Of a stretch of DNA of 64,000 nt, positions 53,451 through 64,000 are shown piece after piece. The stretch's first letter is position 1. Each line of letters opens with the position of its first letter. Below the pieces are notes generated by a model that saw nothing but the letters and a program-made list of their open reading frames with translations, was not told the origin of the DNA and did not search any database. The translations under genes were made by a program, and so were the position numbers. The stretch is from Eledone cirrhosa. Its lineage: Eukaryota. Location: contig OZ024742.1 in NCBI GenBank assembly GCA_964016885.1, forward strand, positions 30,380,001 through 30,444,000, given 5' to 3'.

Positions 53451-54409
53451 CAATTGATCTATCTTTCTAATTCTCTAGAACAGTATTTTTCAAAATGAGA
53501 TATCTGGTACCAAAAGTTTCCACACAAAAAAGTCTGGAATTCTCCATGATGAGATGACTTTCAATAAAATTTAATAAAAATTACGTTTTTCGTTTGTTTT
53601 TTATTGAACTTTTCACATTAAAAATTTCTCTAAAAACATTTTGTACAATTTAATCATCATCGTTTAAGGTCCATTCTCCCTACATTTTAAAATCCAATCC
53701 AATCAAGGGCCATCTCACTTCTGTTGAAGGAATCCCTTCCTGGTTGACCACCACTACTTTCAGTTTGTTTTTAGTCATGTCGTCAGTGGTGTAGCAGTAC
53801 TTACCGCACTTGGCCAATTGCAAGTTGGTGGGGCTATTTAACTCATAGTTGGGGTGGATGGCCGTTGATAGAGGTGTTCATTCCACTCTTTAAAAACGAG
53901 TGGTGGAATTGTTAAAAAATATAGGTATGAGTCAACAATTTGGGAGAAACAAGAAGATAATTCAAAGCCAAAATAAGTTTGGAAAGAATTGCTTCCTAGT
54001 ATATAAGTACCTGTTATATGTATTGTATGAACCTGTAAATTCTGATGGAGCTGTAGGGGCGCGATATTGACGTACAGCATTTCTTAGGGGATTGTTTTAA
54101 ACCTGGCAGAGCCCATCCCACTCCATGTCTGAATACAGCAGATTTCTTCCAGTGAAGGATAGAGAGAGTGAGATTATGGAAGTGAGAAAGAGTCGACCCT
54201 AGTACTAAACTGGTACTTTTTTATTGACCTCAGTAAGATTTGAACTCAGAGAGCAGAGAACCAGAACAAATACTGCAAAGCATTTTATCTGCCATTCTAA
54301 CGACTCTACCAATTCACCACCTACCAGTTATATACTAGGAGCATATTCAATCAACACACCCACTAACCAAAAATGCTTGACTCTATATTTATGTTAGGTT
54401 ATCATTTAA

Positions 54410-54630
54410 CTCATTAGCCTTTAAACTAGCCGTATCCAGCCAGAATTCTCTCACCTCTTTCTGCTCAAACTGGCCATGACCGGATGCTCGTACTAATGTT
54501 AAGGTATTCTTCTCAAAATAAATAATATCAAAATCTTGAGAATTCAATAATATGTGAAATAATTATGTGAAATAAAGCCTTTACTGTGAAAATATAATAG
54601 TAAATATAGAGTCATGTAAATGCTAAAGGG
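54410..54630. mobile_element. piggyBac-type MITE, inverted relative to 51348-51558
   Basis: TTAA flanks; the internal sequence is the reverse complement of the other two copies. Confidence 0.85.
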
Positions 54631-54711
54631 TTAAGTCTATATATCAACAGCTATTGTGTTTCTAGATGTGAGAACAAGACATAACTCTGAGCAGAAATAA
54701 AATAACAATAC

Positions 54712-54832
54712 CTGATTCATTATCTTGGTTGGTCTGATGGGACATATCGTGTGGATTTTCTAAAAGATTATTCAGATCATATTTTGGGTCAATAGAGACA
54801 GGTTCTTTTTTCTCAGGGACAATCCCACGTTG
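54712..54832 (-). CDS. EXOSC10: EXOSC10 exon (QRGIVPEKK...LLENPHDMSH...)
   Basis: PHDxSH motif; GT-AG boundaries. Confidence 0.88.
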
Positions 54833-55531
54833 CTGTAAATTAGAGCAGTAACTTTAATAATAATAATAATGATGATTTCTACTAATAATAACAGCAATAA
54901 TGATTTCTACTAATAATGGTTTCTTATATAGGCACAAGGCCAACAATTTTAGAGGAGGGAAAGTCGATTAAGTCAACCCCAGTGCATTACTGGTGCTTTA
55001 TTTTATCAACTCCGTAAGGATGAAAGGCAGAATTTGAACTCAGAACGTAAAGGTCCGTAACTCTATGCTGTAAAGCATGTTGTATGACGCTCCACCGATT
55101 CTGCCAATCCACGCCCTAATAATAGCAATAATAATGATTTCTTTATTAGCCACACAGAGCTCAGTGTGCCACTGTGCCTCTCTCAGCTCTTAACACCTCC
55201 CTCTACAGCCAACCACTGTGCCTCTCTTAGATCCCTCTACCACCAGCTACTGAACTTCTCTAACTTCTACAGTGTGCCATTGTGCCTCTCTCAGATACCT
55301 TTACAATGTGCAACTGTGCCTCTCTCAGCTCTTAACACCTCCCTTTACAGTCATCTCCTGTGCCTCTCTCAGCTCCTACAGTGTGCCATTGTACCTCTCA
55401 GCTCCCTCAACAACCAGCCACTGTGCCTCTCTAACTCCCTCCCAGTGTACTTCTCTCTCAGTCCTAAACACAACCCCAAAACATGTCCCTCACAACACTC
55501 AACCCAGAGCAAACATCATGAATATATTTAC

Positions 55532-55694
55532 CTTCACCAATGTAACATCTCTGGCTTCTTGAACATAACCATGCATTTCTTGTAAATACTGACGAACCAG
55601 GGGTGGTATTGGATTGCAACATGCTAGGATACCTTGTCTTTCCCTCGGTAAAATCTCTGCAATCTGTAGCAGCATGTGATTAGGTAGTACATAA
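55532..55694 (-). CDS. EXOSC10: EXOSC10 HRDC exon (YVLPNHMLLQIAE...ACCNPIPPLVRQ)
   Basis: Diagnostic Rrp6 HRDC sequence; GT-AG boundaries. Confidence 0.97.
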
Positions 55695-55892
55695 CTGGAA
55701 AAGAACAAAAAGAAAAATAATAATTATTATTTCTGATTTAGGTACAAGGCCAGCAATTTTATCGTGAGGGAAAAGTCGATTAAATCAACCCCAGTGCATT
55801 ACTGGTTGATCCAGCCCAGCATAAAGCAACCATCTCACACATTTCTGACACAATAAAATGGATGTAAAACAGAAAAATAAAACCAGTATTAC

Positions 55893-56041
55893 TTGAGGCT
55901 TTCATCTTGGTTTCTTGCTGTCTTCTCTCTCCAAGCATAAATCTTTTTCAAGGCAAATATCTGTTGATTGTTGAAGGTTCTACAACTTTTTCTGTACAAT
56001 AATTGATGTGATTCATCATTATATATTGGTTTGGTGTAAAC
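55893..56041 (-). CDS. EXOSC10: EXOSC10 exon (VYTKPIY...YAWREKTARNQDES)
   Basis: HRDC start WRxxxARxxDES; GT-AG boundaries. Confidence 0.96.
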
Positions 56042-57693
56042 CTGAAATTTAAATGTTATATCTCAGTGACTTTAAAGCAGTCTAATAGTTGTCTTCTTCT
56101 TTGCCCACTTCTTCCTGAGAGAGTCATGGGGGAAGAGTCCTCAAACACTCCTATAACTAAAAGTCACATATTATTATTACAAGAGAATAATAAACATTAC
56201 AAAGGTAACAAAATCTCTCTTTACTCATTCTTTTTTAATTTTCCATCTTTCTGTTCATCATTGCCTCTTATCTGACTTTGTTACATCATCATTTAATTGA
56301 CATTTAATGTCAATTTTTCCAAACATGCATGGGTTAGACAGGTTGCCACATTATGAAACAAGTCATGGTTCAGATACCACGCCATGCTCATACAGATCTG
56401 TAATTAGGCTTGGTTTCTACGTCTGGATGCCCTTTCCAACACCAACCATATTACAATATTTACAAACCCTGTAGAGGCTTCCTAAACACACCAACCTTTT
56501 AATATTCCACAACACTCCCTTATTATTAATATTATTAGGGCAGTGGATTGGCAGTATCGGTAGAGGGTCGGACGCCATGCTTTGACACACAGAGTTACAT
56601 CCCTTGCCATTCTGAGTTCAAATTCCGTCGAGGTTAACTTTGCCTTTCATCCTTACGGGGTTGATAAAATAATACCAGTAATACACTGAGATAATTGTTG
56701 GCCTTGTGCCAAAAGTAGAAACAATTATTAATATTATTACAACGCCACACAAGTTGACATTTTAAATATAGGGGCCAATTTATACAGCGGGAGATAAAAC
56801 ATAACCTAGGTGCACCTCTTTCCATAACTGCAGTAAGTTGCTGCAAATATTTCCAAATAAAGCTTCAGTTTGTTAAACTTGTTTAATATATTCAACAAAT
56901 ACATTACCCCTGATTATAAGATAAGATATTGGTGAAGGCTTAGTGAACTGGATTTGTAATCGTGAGGTTGCGAGTATGATTACTGGACCAGGCGATGCAT
57001 TATGCCCTTGAGCAAGATACTTTATTTCATGTTGCTTTCTGACAAGAGTTGAAACTAGTAGATAGTATCACCAATGGAAACATTGTTTCCTTGGACTGAT
57101 TTGACAAGTTCCACCCCACTCAGTAAGCGAATGAGGTATGGGATCTTGTCAATCTATTCCTATAAGATACTAATAAAAACTATGAGGTCAGAAATTATCA
57201 AGGCACTGTTGTCCAAAAATCTTCCCTATAGTAAATTAGGAAGGGCATCCAGCTATTGAAACCATGCCAGAAAAGGTTGAAAGGACTCTTCAATCACATC
57301 TGTGACAACAATCTTTATAGTGATGGACCCACAATAAAATACACCCACTACACTCTTTAAAGTAGTTGAGGTTAGGAAGGGCAGTCAGCGATAGAAACTA
57401 TGCCAAAACTGTAACATATGTAAGTGAAATGTGACCACCACCACTTCCCCGGCACATCTAAGAGAACAATAGTTTCAGTTAAGTACTGACTTGGTCTGTA
57501 ATGACTCGTCCAACCAAAACTAGCATGGAAAAGCACATGTGATGATGATGATGATGGTGGTGGTGATAGTGATTATGGTGATGATGATGGTGGTGATTAT
57601 GGCTTAATCTAACATTCCAGATTGCTAAATCTATCAGAAAACTAACAACTTTCAAACAATGTGAACATAACCCAAGTGAGAGCCAGGACTTAC

Positions 57694-57850
57694 CTTCTTA
57701 CATATATCTTTACTTCTGTGTAAAACTGACTTGAGTAAGTTTTTGTTCTTGTTGCCTTTCTCAAGAAGCTCGTTCTTGATAGAGTCATAAATATAGAGAA
57801 GGTAATGTGTGTCTTCTCGTGCATATTTAATTAAAACATCAGGAAGAGGC
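57694..57850 (-). CDS. EXOSC10: EXOSC10 exon (RPLPDVLIKYAREDTHYLLYIYD...)
   Basis: ExoIII motif YARED. Confidence 0.97.
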
Positions 57851-58446
57851 CTGTAAATAAACGTACAGAAATATTCAAAACTGTATAGAGGCACATTTCC
57901 TCACAACTAAATACTATTATTATTATTATTGATAAGGGGGCAGTGGATTGGCAGTATCTGTAGAGTGTCGAACAACATGCTTTGCATTCAAATCCCACCA
58001 AGATTAGCTTTGCTTTTCATCCTTATGGGGGTTAATAAAATAAAGTACCAGTCACAGACTGGTGTCGATTTAATATTTAATCAACAATTTTATCAAAACA
58101 TTGTCCACTAGTAAAGATACTATAAACATTTAGTATAAAACAACACTTTGATTGCATTACATTAATTAAAGATTTTACTCTAATTTGTCCACTAGCAAAG
58201 ATACTATAAACAACTGAATGAACAAACCACATGAATCCACATTACCAAGACATTCTTGAAAAGTAGAAAACAACACTATGACTACATCACAATAAATATT
58301 AAAGTACTTACTCTAATATTGCAAATGTTTCATAATAATCTGTCTGCTAGTAAAGATACTATAAACATTTAACCTAACAAACCTGTTTCTAAATATATTT
58401 TCTTGCTGAATCCTAACAGTTAAGAGTTAAATAAATGTCAACTTAC

Positions 58447-58637
58447 CGGATTCTCCAATCAGCTAATCTATATTGTTTATCAATTTCTTTCTGACAAAAT
58501 TTCTCCATTAACGAAGATAGGGAGAAACGATCATAGTTTAGTACCCGGGAAGCTTGACCAGTATCAAACATATTCACTACATAGATACCAAAATCTCTCT
58601 GTAACCAGTCAACATCACTGTTGGCTCCGTGAAACAC
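58447..58637 (-). CDS. EXOSC10: EXOSC10 exon (VFHGANSDVDWLQRDFG...LADWRIR)
   Basis: ExoII motif; GT-AG boundaries. Confidence 0.98.
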
Positions 58638-58777
58638 CTGATGTTAACGAGATAAAACAATGTAGGTAAGTGTGAATAAAAATGGCATGATGGTAAGTGA
58701 AACAACTGACATTAATGAGATAAAACAATGGGTGTACTTGAGATTAAGAATGACAGGTGTTAGGTGATCCAACTTAC

Positions 58778-58921
58778 TTTGACAATTTTATGATCCGTGA
58801 AGATGTCGTTGAGTAATTCTAGATCTTTCCGCAGTTCCAGCGTATCTATGATATAGTCCTGCTCATATGTAGAAATCTGCATCAAACACGTTAAACCTTG
58901 GAAAGTTCGGTAGGAATGATG
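58778..58921 (-). CDS. EXOSC10: EXOSC10 exon ([18 protein letters not shown]...IVK)
   Basis: Diagnostic Rrp6 sequence; GT-AG boundaries. Confidence 0.98.
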
Positions 58922-60338
58922 CTGTAAAAGAGAAAATAGAAAACCAAGTTGAGCTACATGAGATTGTTTTCAAACTTAATTACAACATGTATGTATGGTC
59001 CCGTAACTCCTGATAGAGGCGTAGGGGCAATTTCAGCTATGCTGAGGCCATCCCACTCCAGGCCTGAGTACAGCTGATTTCTTCCAGAAAAAGATAGAAA
59101 GTGAGAGAGAGTAAGAATCGACCCCAGTACTTGACTGGTACTTTTTTATCCACCTCGAAAGGATGAAAGGCAAAGTTGACCTTGGAGGGATTTGAACTCC
59201 GAGAGCAGAGAACCGGAATTAATGCAATAAAGCATTTTATCTGACGTTCTAACGCTCTGCCAATTCGCCGCCTTCAATTACCACATACAGACAGTGTATT
59301 TCATTAGAAATATGGTAATAAAAGGGTTAAATAGAATGCTAACAAAGATGAACAAAAGAAAAACATATTCTCTACTTATATATCAACAGTCGTGTTTTCT
59401 CTGCAATTTTGCAATATTTTTTTTATCATTTAGTCAGGAGGGGCTGTGCCCATAACATTTTTCATAGCCTTTAAGGCTAGTAGGAGGGGGGGGGGGGGCA
59501 GTGTTCATGACTTTTTTCACAGGTTTCATGACTGCTAAGAGGGAGGAGAAGTGCCCATAACATTTTTCACAACCTTCCAGACTGGTGGAAGAGAGGGAGT
59601 TATCCTTAAACCAAAAGTTTGCAACAGACTGGACATTGCTAAAAACATCCCAGAACAAAATGGTGGTGGTGGAGGTAGTGGTATGAAACTGGACAATGAA
59701 TTAAGTCGACTATTCATATGTCATTTACTATAGAGCGTCGGGTTAACCCATGCCTTGTCAGTAAAATTGGGTAGACAGAAACTATTTCGAAGACTATTAG
59801 TTGAACTATACCTGTAATTCAAAAGACCAACCTTGTCACACTGAATCACTTTGAGAAATACATTAAAGGTACACATGTCTGTGGAATGCTAAGCCACTTC
59901 TTCTTTGCTCACTTAATCCTGAGAGTGTCATGGAGGGCTGAGTCCTCAAACACTCCTTCCAGCAGGTCCTGTCAGAAACAACAGTATCCAATTGATCCAA
60001 CTGGATCCCCAAGCGAAACCAGCACGCTCATGGATGTTAACCAACCATCTTGCTCAGCAGTCTACCTCTAGGTCTCCTGCCACTTGGTTTTGCCTGTAAA
60101 ATCTGTCCAGCAATTCTTTTCTGAAATATTCTAACCGCATGTCCGTAATATCGGAGCTATGATCTTTCAATTCGGAGAATTAGCGGCTCTACCTGAAGTC
60201 ACATGCAGATTAAATTCATCAGCAGGCTGTTCCATAGTTCAACCAACTAGAACAATTATCGTCTAAACTAACTGGGGACCATTCCATAGCAAAGAAAATG
60301 GATGTTAAATGATGATAAAGATAGATACACAGACTTAC

Positions 60339-60449
60339 CTCTAAATCAACAGCAATGATGTTCTCTTTGGCTAAATCTGTACACATCTCTTTTAATTTAT
60401 CAACTGTATCTATATATACAAGGACAGTGTCTTCAACTGGTTTGGGTAA
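60339..60449 (-). CDS. EXOSC10: EXOSC10 exon (LPKPVEDT...IAVDLE)
   Basis: ExoI motif AVDLE; GT-AG boundaries. Confidence 0.97.
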
Positions 60450-60687
60450 CTGAAAAGAAAATCAACACAAGTAGAGAGAGAGAGAAAGAGTTAGTTAGTT
60501 CCACAATTAGCAAACCATACATAGGTTGAACATTTGTCCAGTGAAACGCACGTCCTCGAGTATGGTTTGCTAATTTGTTGTGGAACCAGCTCTATACATC
60601 GAACTTGTCCTTTGGACTGAGTGCTCTACCAACTATGGATATAACATCCCGTTGATTTACCACTATATATATATATATATATATATA

Positions 60688-62282
60688 CAGTGGCGGACAT
60701 GGAAGTAAGAACACTTTTTATTTTGCATGTAACTTTTTTGATATTTCGTTTCTGCAACTTTGCAATATACCTAAAGGAAGAGAAATAATTTCTCTATCGC
60801 TATCTCTGTTATTAAGCCAATTAGTCAAATAGGCCAGTTCTTATGACTCGTTAACGCAATTATAGCCACATTTTGGCGGACATGGAAGTAAGAACACTTT
60901 TATTTTATTTCATTTAATGCTCGAATTATGGTCGAAATCAATATTTGGTGGCATATCCTTTCTGTTTGATCACGACAGTACATCTTCTAGGCATACTTTC
61001 CACTAATTTCATGCATTGGTCCAAACTGAAGTTGTTCCATGTCAGGTTGATGGTGGCCATCAGATCGTGAAAGTTTTTTGGGTTTTGATGTCGAATTTCG
61101 CGCTTTATTAAATGCCACAGGTTTTCTATACAATTTAAGTCTGGCGATTGAGGAGGCCAATCGATGACCTTCCATTTTTTCTCATGAAAAAATTGCTTAA
61201 CCGACTTTGCAGAATGACACGGGGCATTGTCTTGCACAAATTGCCAATTTAAAGGCATATTTTCATCAACATAGGGCTCCAAATGGTCTTCCAGGATCTT
61301 GACATAAGTGTTCTGGTTCATACTGCCGGAAATGGGAACAAGGGGACCAGTGCCCATAGCCGAAAATGCACCCCAGAACATGATCGATTTTCCACCATGT
61401 TTCACCGTTTTTTGAGAACACCGATCATCGAATTCCTCGTGTGTTCTCCTTCTGACATAAGTCTTGCCATCTGATCCGACCATGGTGAATAGACTTTCAT
61501 CTGAAAATAGGACTTTGCGCCAATCAGCGGGTGTCCATGCGAGATATTTGTATGCGAATGCAAGTCGTTTGCGACGGCTGGCGAGTGAGATGAGCGGAAC
61601 ACGTCTGGCGATGCGACCATTGAGTCCGATTTCGCGCAGACGACGACGGACAGTTCTGACTGAGATATCCGAGTTGTGGGAAGTGTTCACTTCGGAGCAG
61701 ATCACGACAGCAGTCTTTTTTCGGTCATTTTCTGATGACCGGCCAATCGCTCTATCCTGGCGATCGTCCGTTTTTCGACTTGGTCCTGGTTTTGGCTTCG
61801 ATTTGTATGATCCTGTACGTTCCCAAGTGCGCCAGGCTTGAATACAAGCAGTGGAGCTGCATGTTGTCATCTTAGAAATCACGCGGAAGGAAAAATTCAA
61901 CTTTCTCAACTCGACGATCCGTGCCCGTTTAGTAGGACTCAAATCTCTTTTTCTCCCCATAATAATAAAATGCTGGAAAAAAGAAAAATGTCATATATAA
62001 CATCATATTTTATTATACAAATCTAAAATTTGCTAGAGTAGCTATGAAGAAAGTAAACATAGGAAATGCAAAGTGTTCTTACTTCCACGTCCGCCAAAAT
62101 CTTGCTATAATTGCGTTAATGAGCCATAAAAACCGGTTCGCTTTACTAATTGGCTTAATAACAGAGATAGCAATAGAGAAATTATTTCTCCTTCTTTTGG
62201 CATATTGCAAAGTTACAGAAACAAAATAACTAAAAAGTTACATGCAAAATAAAAAGTGTTCTTACTTCCATGTCCGCCACTG
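60688..62282 (-). mobile_element. Full-length Tc1-family transposon of IR/DR type
   Basis: TA|CAGTGGCGG...CCGCCACTG|TA. TIRs are ~213 bp (60688-60900, 62070-62282), each with outer and inner 27-bp direct repeats. Confidence 0.97.
60938..61960 (-). CDS. Intact DD34E Tc1 transposase, 340 aa
   Basis: HTH N-terminus, FSDES, QDNAPCH, WPPQSPDLNCIENLW with 34 residues between D and E, and C-terminal GYATKY. Confidence 0.97.
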   Translation of the reverse strand: MGRKRDLSPTKRARIVELRKLNFSFRVISKMTTCSSTACIQAWRTWERTGSYKSKPKPGPSRKTDDRQDRAIGRSSENDRKKTAVVICSEVNTSHNSDISVRTVRRRLREIGLNGRIARRVPLISLASRRKRLAFAYKYLAWTPADWRKVLFSDESLFTMVGSDGKTYVRRRTHEEFDDRCSQKTVKHGGKSIMFWGAFSAMGTGPLVPISGSMNQNTYVKILEDHLEPYVDENMPLNWQFVQDNAPCHSAKSVKQFFHEKKWKVIDWPPQSPDLNCIENLWHLIKREIRHQNPKNFHDLMATINLTWNNFSLDQCMKLVESMPRRCTVVIKQKGYATKY

Positions 62283-62362
62283 TATATATATATATATATA
62301 TATGAAAAACAAGGGGAGAAGAATACTGCATGGTTGCACATGGATTACATATTATAAAATTA

Positions 62363-62466
62363 GTCCCTCATCAGTGATTTGCCAACCATCATAGGTATTT
62401 CATCGCATTAAAAATCAGATACCTCAGGTTGGTGCGAGCAATAACTAAAATAAGCTATTGGGACAA
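62363..62466 (-). ncRNA. Candidate permuted hammerhead with kink-turn and fully intact core, sense to the EXOSC10 pre-mRNA (repeat 62303-62520)
   Basis: UUGUCCC..CCAAC-CUGA-GGUAU-C-UGAUUU-UUAAUGCGAU-GAA-AUACC-UAU-GAUG-GUUGG-C-AAAUCA-CUGAUGA-GGGAC. Confidence 0.65.
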
Positions 62467-63568
62467 GTGAAACGCATAACGCGAGTGAGACAAGTAAATA
62501 ACAGAAGGAAAAGCAAATATATATATATATATACTGTATATACACTATTTTTTTTCTTAGAAATTCTAGAGTCTACTATCATATGGATGATATTTTCAAG
62601 GGGCTGAAATTCCCACTACAGTCTTCACTATATTATCTGAGTTCAAATCCCGCCGAGGTTAACTTTGCCTTTCATCCTTACGGGGTCAATAAAATAAAGT
62701 ACCAGTAATGTACTGGGTATTTGCTGGCCTTGTGCCAAAAGTAGAAACAATTATTATTATTATTATTTGTTTTATTCTCACTAGCCACTCTTGTCTTGTG
62801 TCTATAAATATATATATAGGTTTTTCCGTACGATCTCAGCAAAGTGAGTGTAGAGAGAGAGAAAGACGAAGGAACCGGAAGTGAGACGGAGAAGAGAGAT
62901 AATCCCAAAACACACATATATATATATATACATACATACATGTATATATACATAACGGCTCCCAGTCCACACTGTAAATGTGGTTGGTGTTAAGAAGAGC
63001 ATCCAGCTGTAAAAAAACCTGCTAGAGACGCTTCCGTGAGAGCGAGACATGTTCTCCCGACCATTCCCACATCAAATGGAACAAAACCCATGCTAGCGTC
63101 GAAGATGGACATTAAACGATTATGATGATGACGAGATATATATATATATATATATATATACATTATATTCTCTCTCTCTTTAAATTCTACTTTACATAGC
63201 AATTAACTGTGTTGAGCAAGTTTTCATAATAGTATATTATATAGAGAATATATTTCCATTACCTTACTCTATATATATCTACTTTATAACGACTCTATAT
63301 AGATACTACTTTATATATACTCTACTCTATATATATAGATTCTACTCTATATAGACTCTACTTTATACAGACTCTATATATACTTTACTCCCTATATACT
63401 CTACTTTATATAGACTATATATATATATATATTCTATATATACTTTATATAGGCTCTATATAAGCTCTACTTTATATAAGCCCTCTTCCTCCTCAAAGGT
63501 AGCAATGTGATTAACTATATTGAGCAGACATTCATAATATATTATACAGAGAATATATTTCCCTTTAC

Positions 63569-63644
63569 CTTTAGTTCAGATTTCTCTAACTGATGGTCCA
63601 TTATTTGGAAATGATCCAGCTCATAGGCATAAGGATGGGGGTAG
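63569..63644 (-). CDS. EXOSC10: EXOSC10 exon (YPHPYAYELDHF...ELK)
   Basis: Conserved HPYxxEL motif; TTTCAG / GTAAAG boundaries. Confidence 0.93.
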
Positions 63645-64000
63645 CTGAAATATAGAGGATATATTGATGTATAAGGATGGGGGGGTAGCTGAAATATAGA
63701 GGATATATTGATGTATAAGGATAGGAGTAGCTGAAATATAGAGGATATATTGATGTATAAGGATGGGGTAGGTGAAATATAGAGGATATATTGATGTATA
63801 AGGATGGGGTAGGTGAAATATAGAGGATATATTGATGTATAAGGATGGAGGTAGGTGAAATATTGAGGATATATTGATGTATAAGGATGGGGGTAGGTGA
63901 AATATAGAGGACATATTGATGTATAAGGATGGAGGTAGGTGAAATATTGAGGATATATTGATGTATAAGGATGGAGGTAGGTGAAATATAGAGGATATAT
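63629..64000. repeat. ~42-bp minisatellite made of the EXOSC10 splice acceptor plus the first 16 exon nt; runs off the window edge
   Basis: Minus-strand unit ACATCAATATATCCTCTATATTTCA(G/C)CTACCCCCATCCTTAT, about 9 copies visible. Confidence 0.95.

Noticed and set aside
53806-53900. Strong minus-strand donor GCG|GTAAGT as an extra EXOSC10 exon
   Set aside because: The flanking exons already join in phase, and I found no clear acceptor or similarity.

Overview
Repeat-saturated eukaryotic genomic DNA, almost certainly from an octopus or other coleoid cephalopod, judged from the long (TA)n/(TG)n/(TCTA)n tracts and the tRNA-derived SINEs carrying Meta-like and CORE-like domains. The only host gene I can reconstruct is EXOSC10/Rrp6 on the minus strand: 16 in-phase GT-AG coding exons from 63644 down to a stop at 43975-43977, covering the DEDDy exonuclease, HRDC and C-terminal tail, with the N-terminus beyond the window. 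The rest is nested mobile DNA: Helitron ends, Tx1/L1-like, RTE-like and CR1-like LINE fragments, many Penelope-like (PLE) fragments with inverted pseudo-LTRs and minimal type I hammerhead ribozymes, piggyBac and mariner MITEs, an intact IR/DR DD34E Tc1 transposon, and several satellites. The most unusual signal is an RNA motif present three times, in two sequence families (4415-4517 +, 13529-13642 -, 62363-62466 -). It contains all hammerhead core parts in a non-circularly permuted, pseudoknotted order. In one family stem III continues into a covarying kink-turn, and one fully intact copy lies sense within an EXOSC10 intron. All calls were made by eye; no database searches or folding programs were run.
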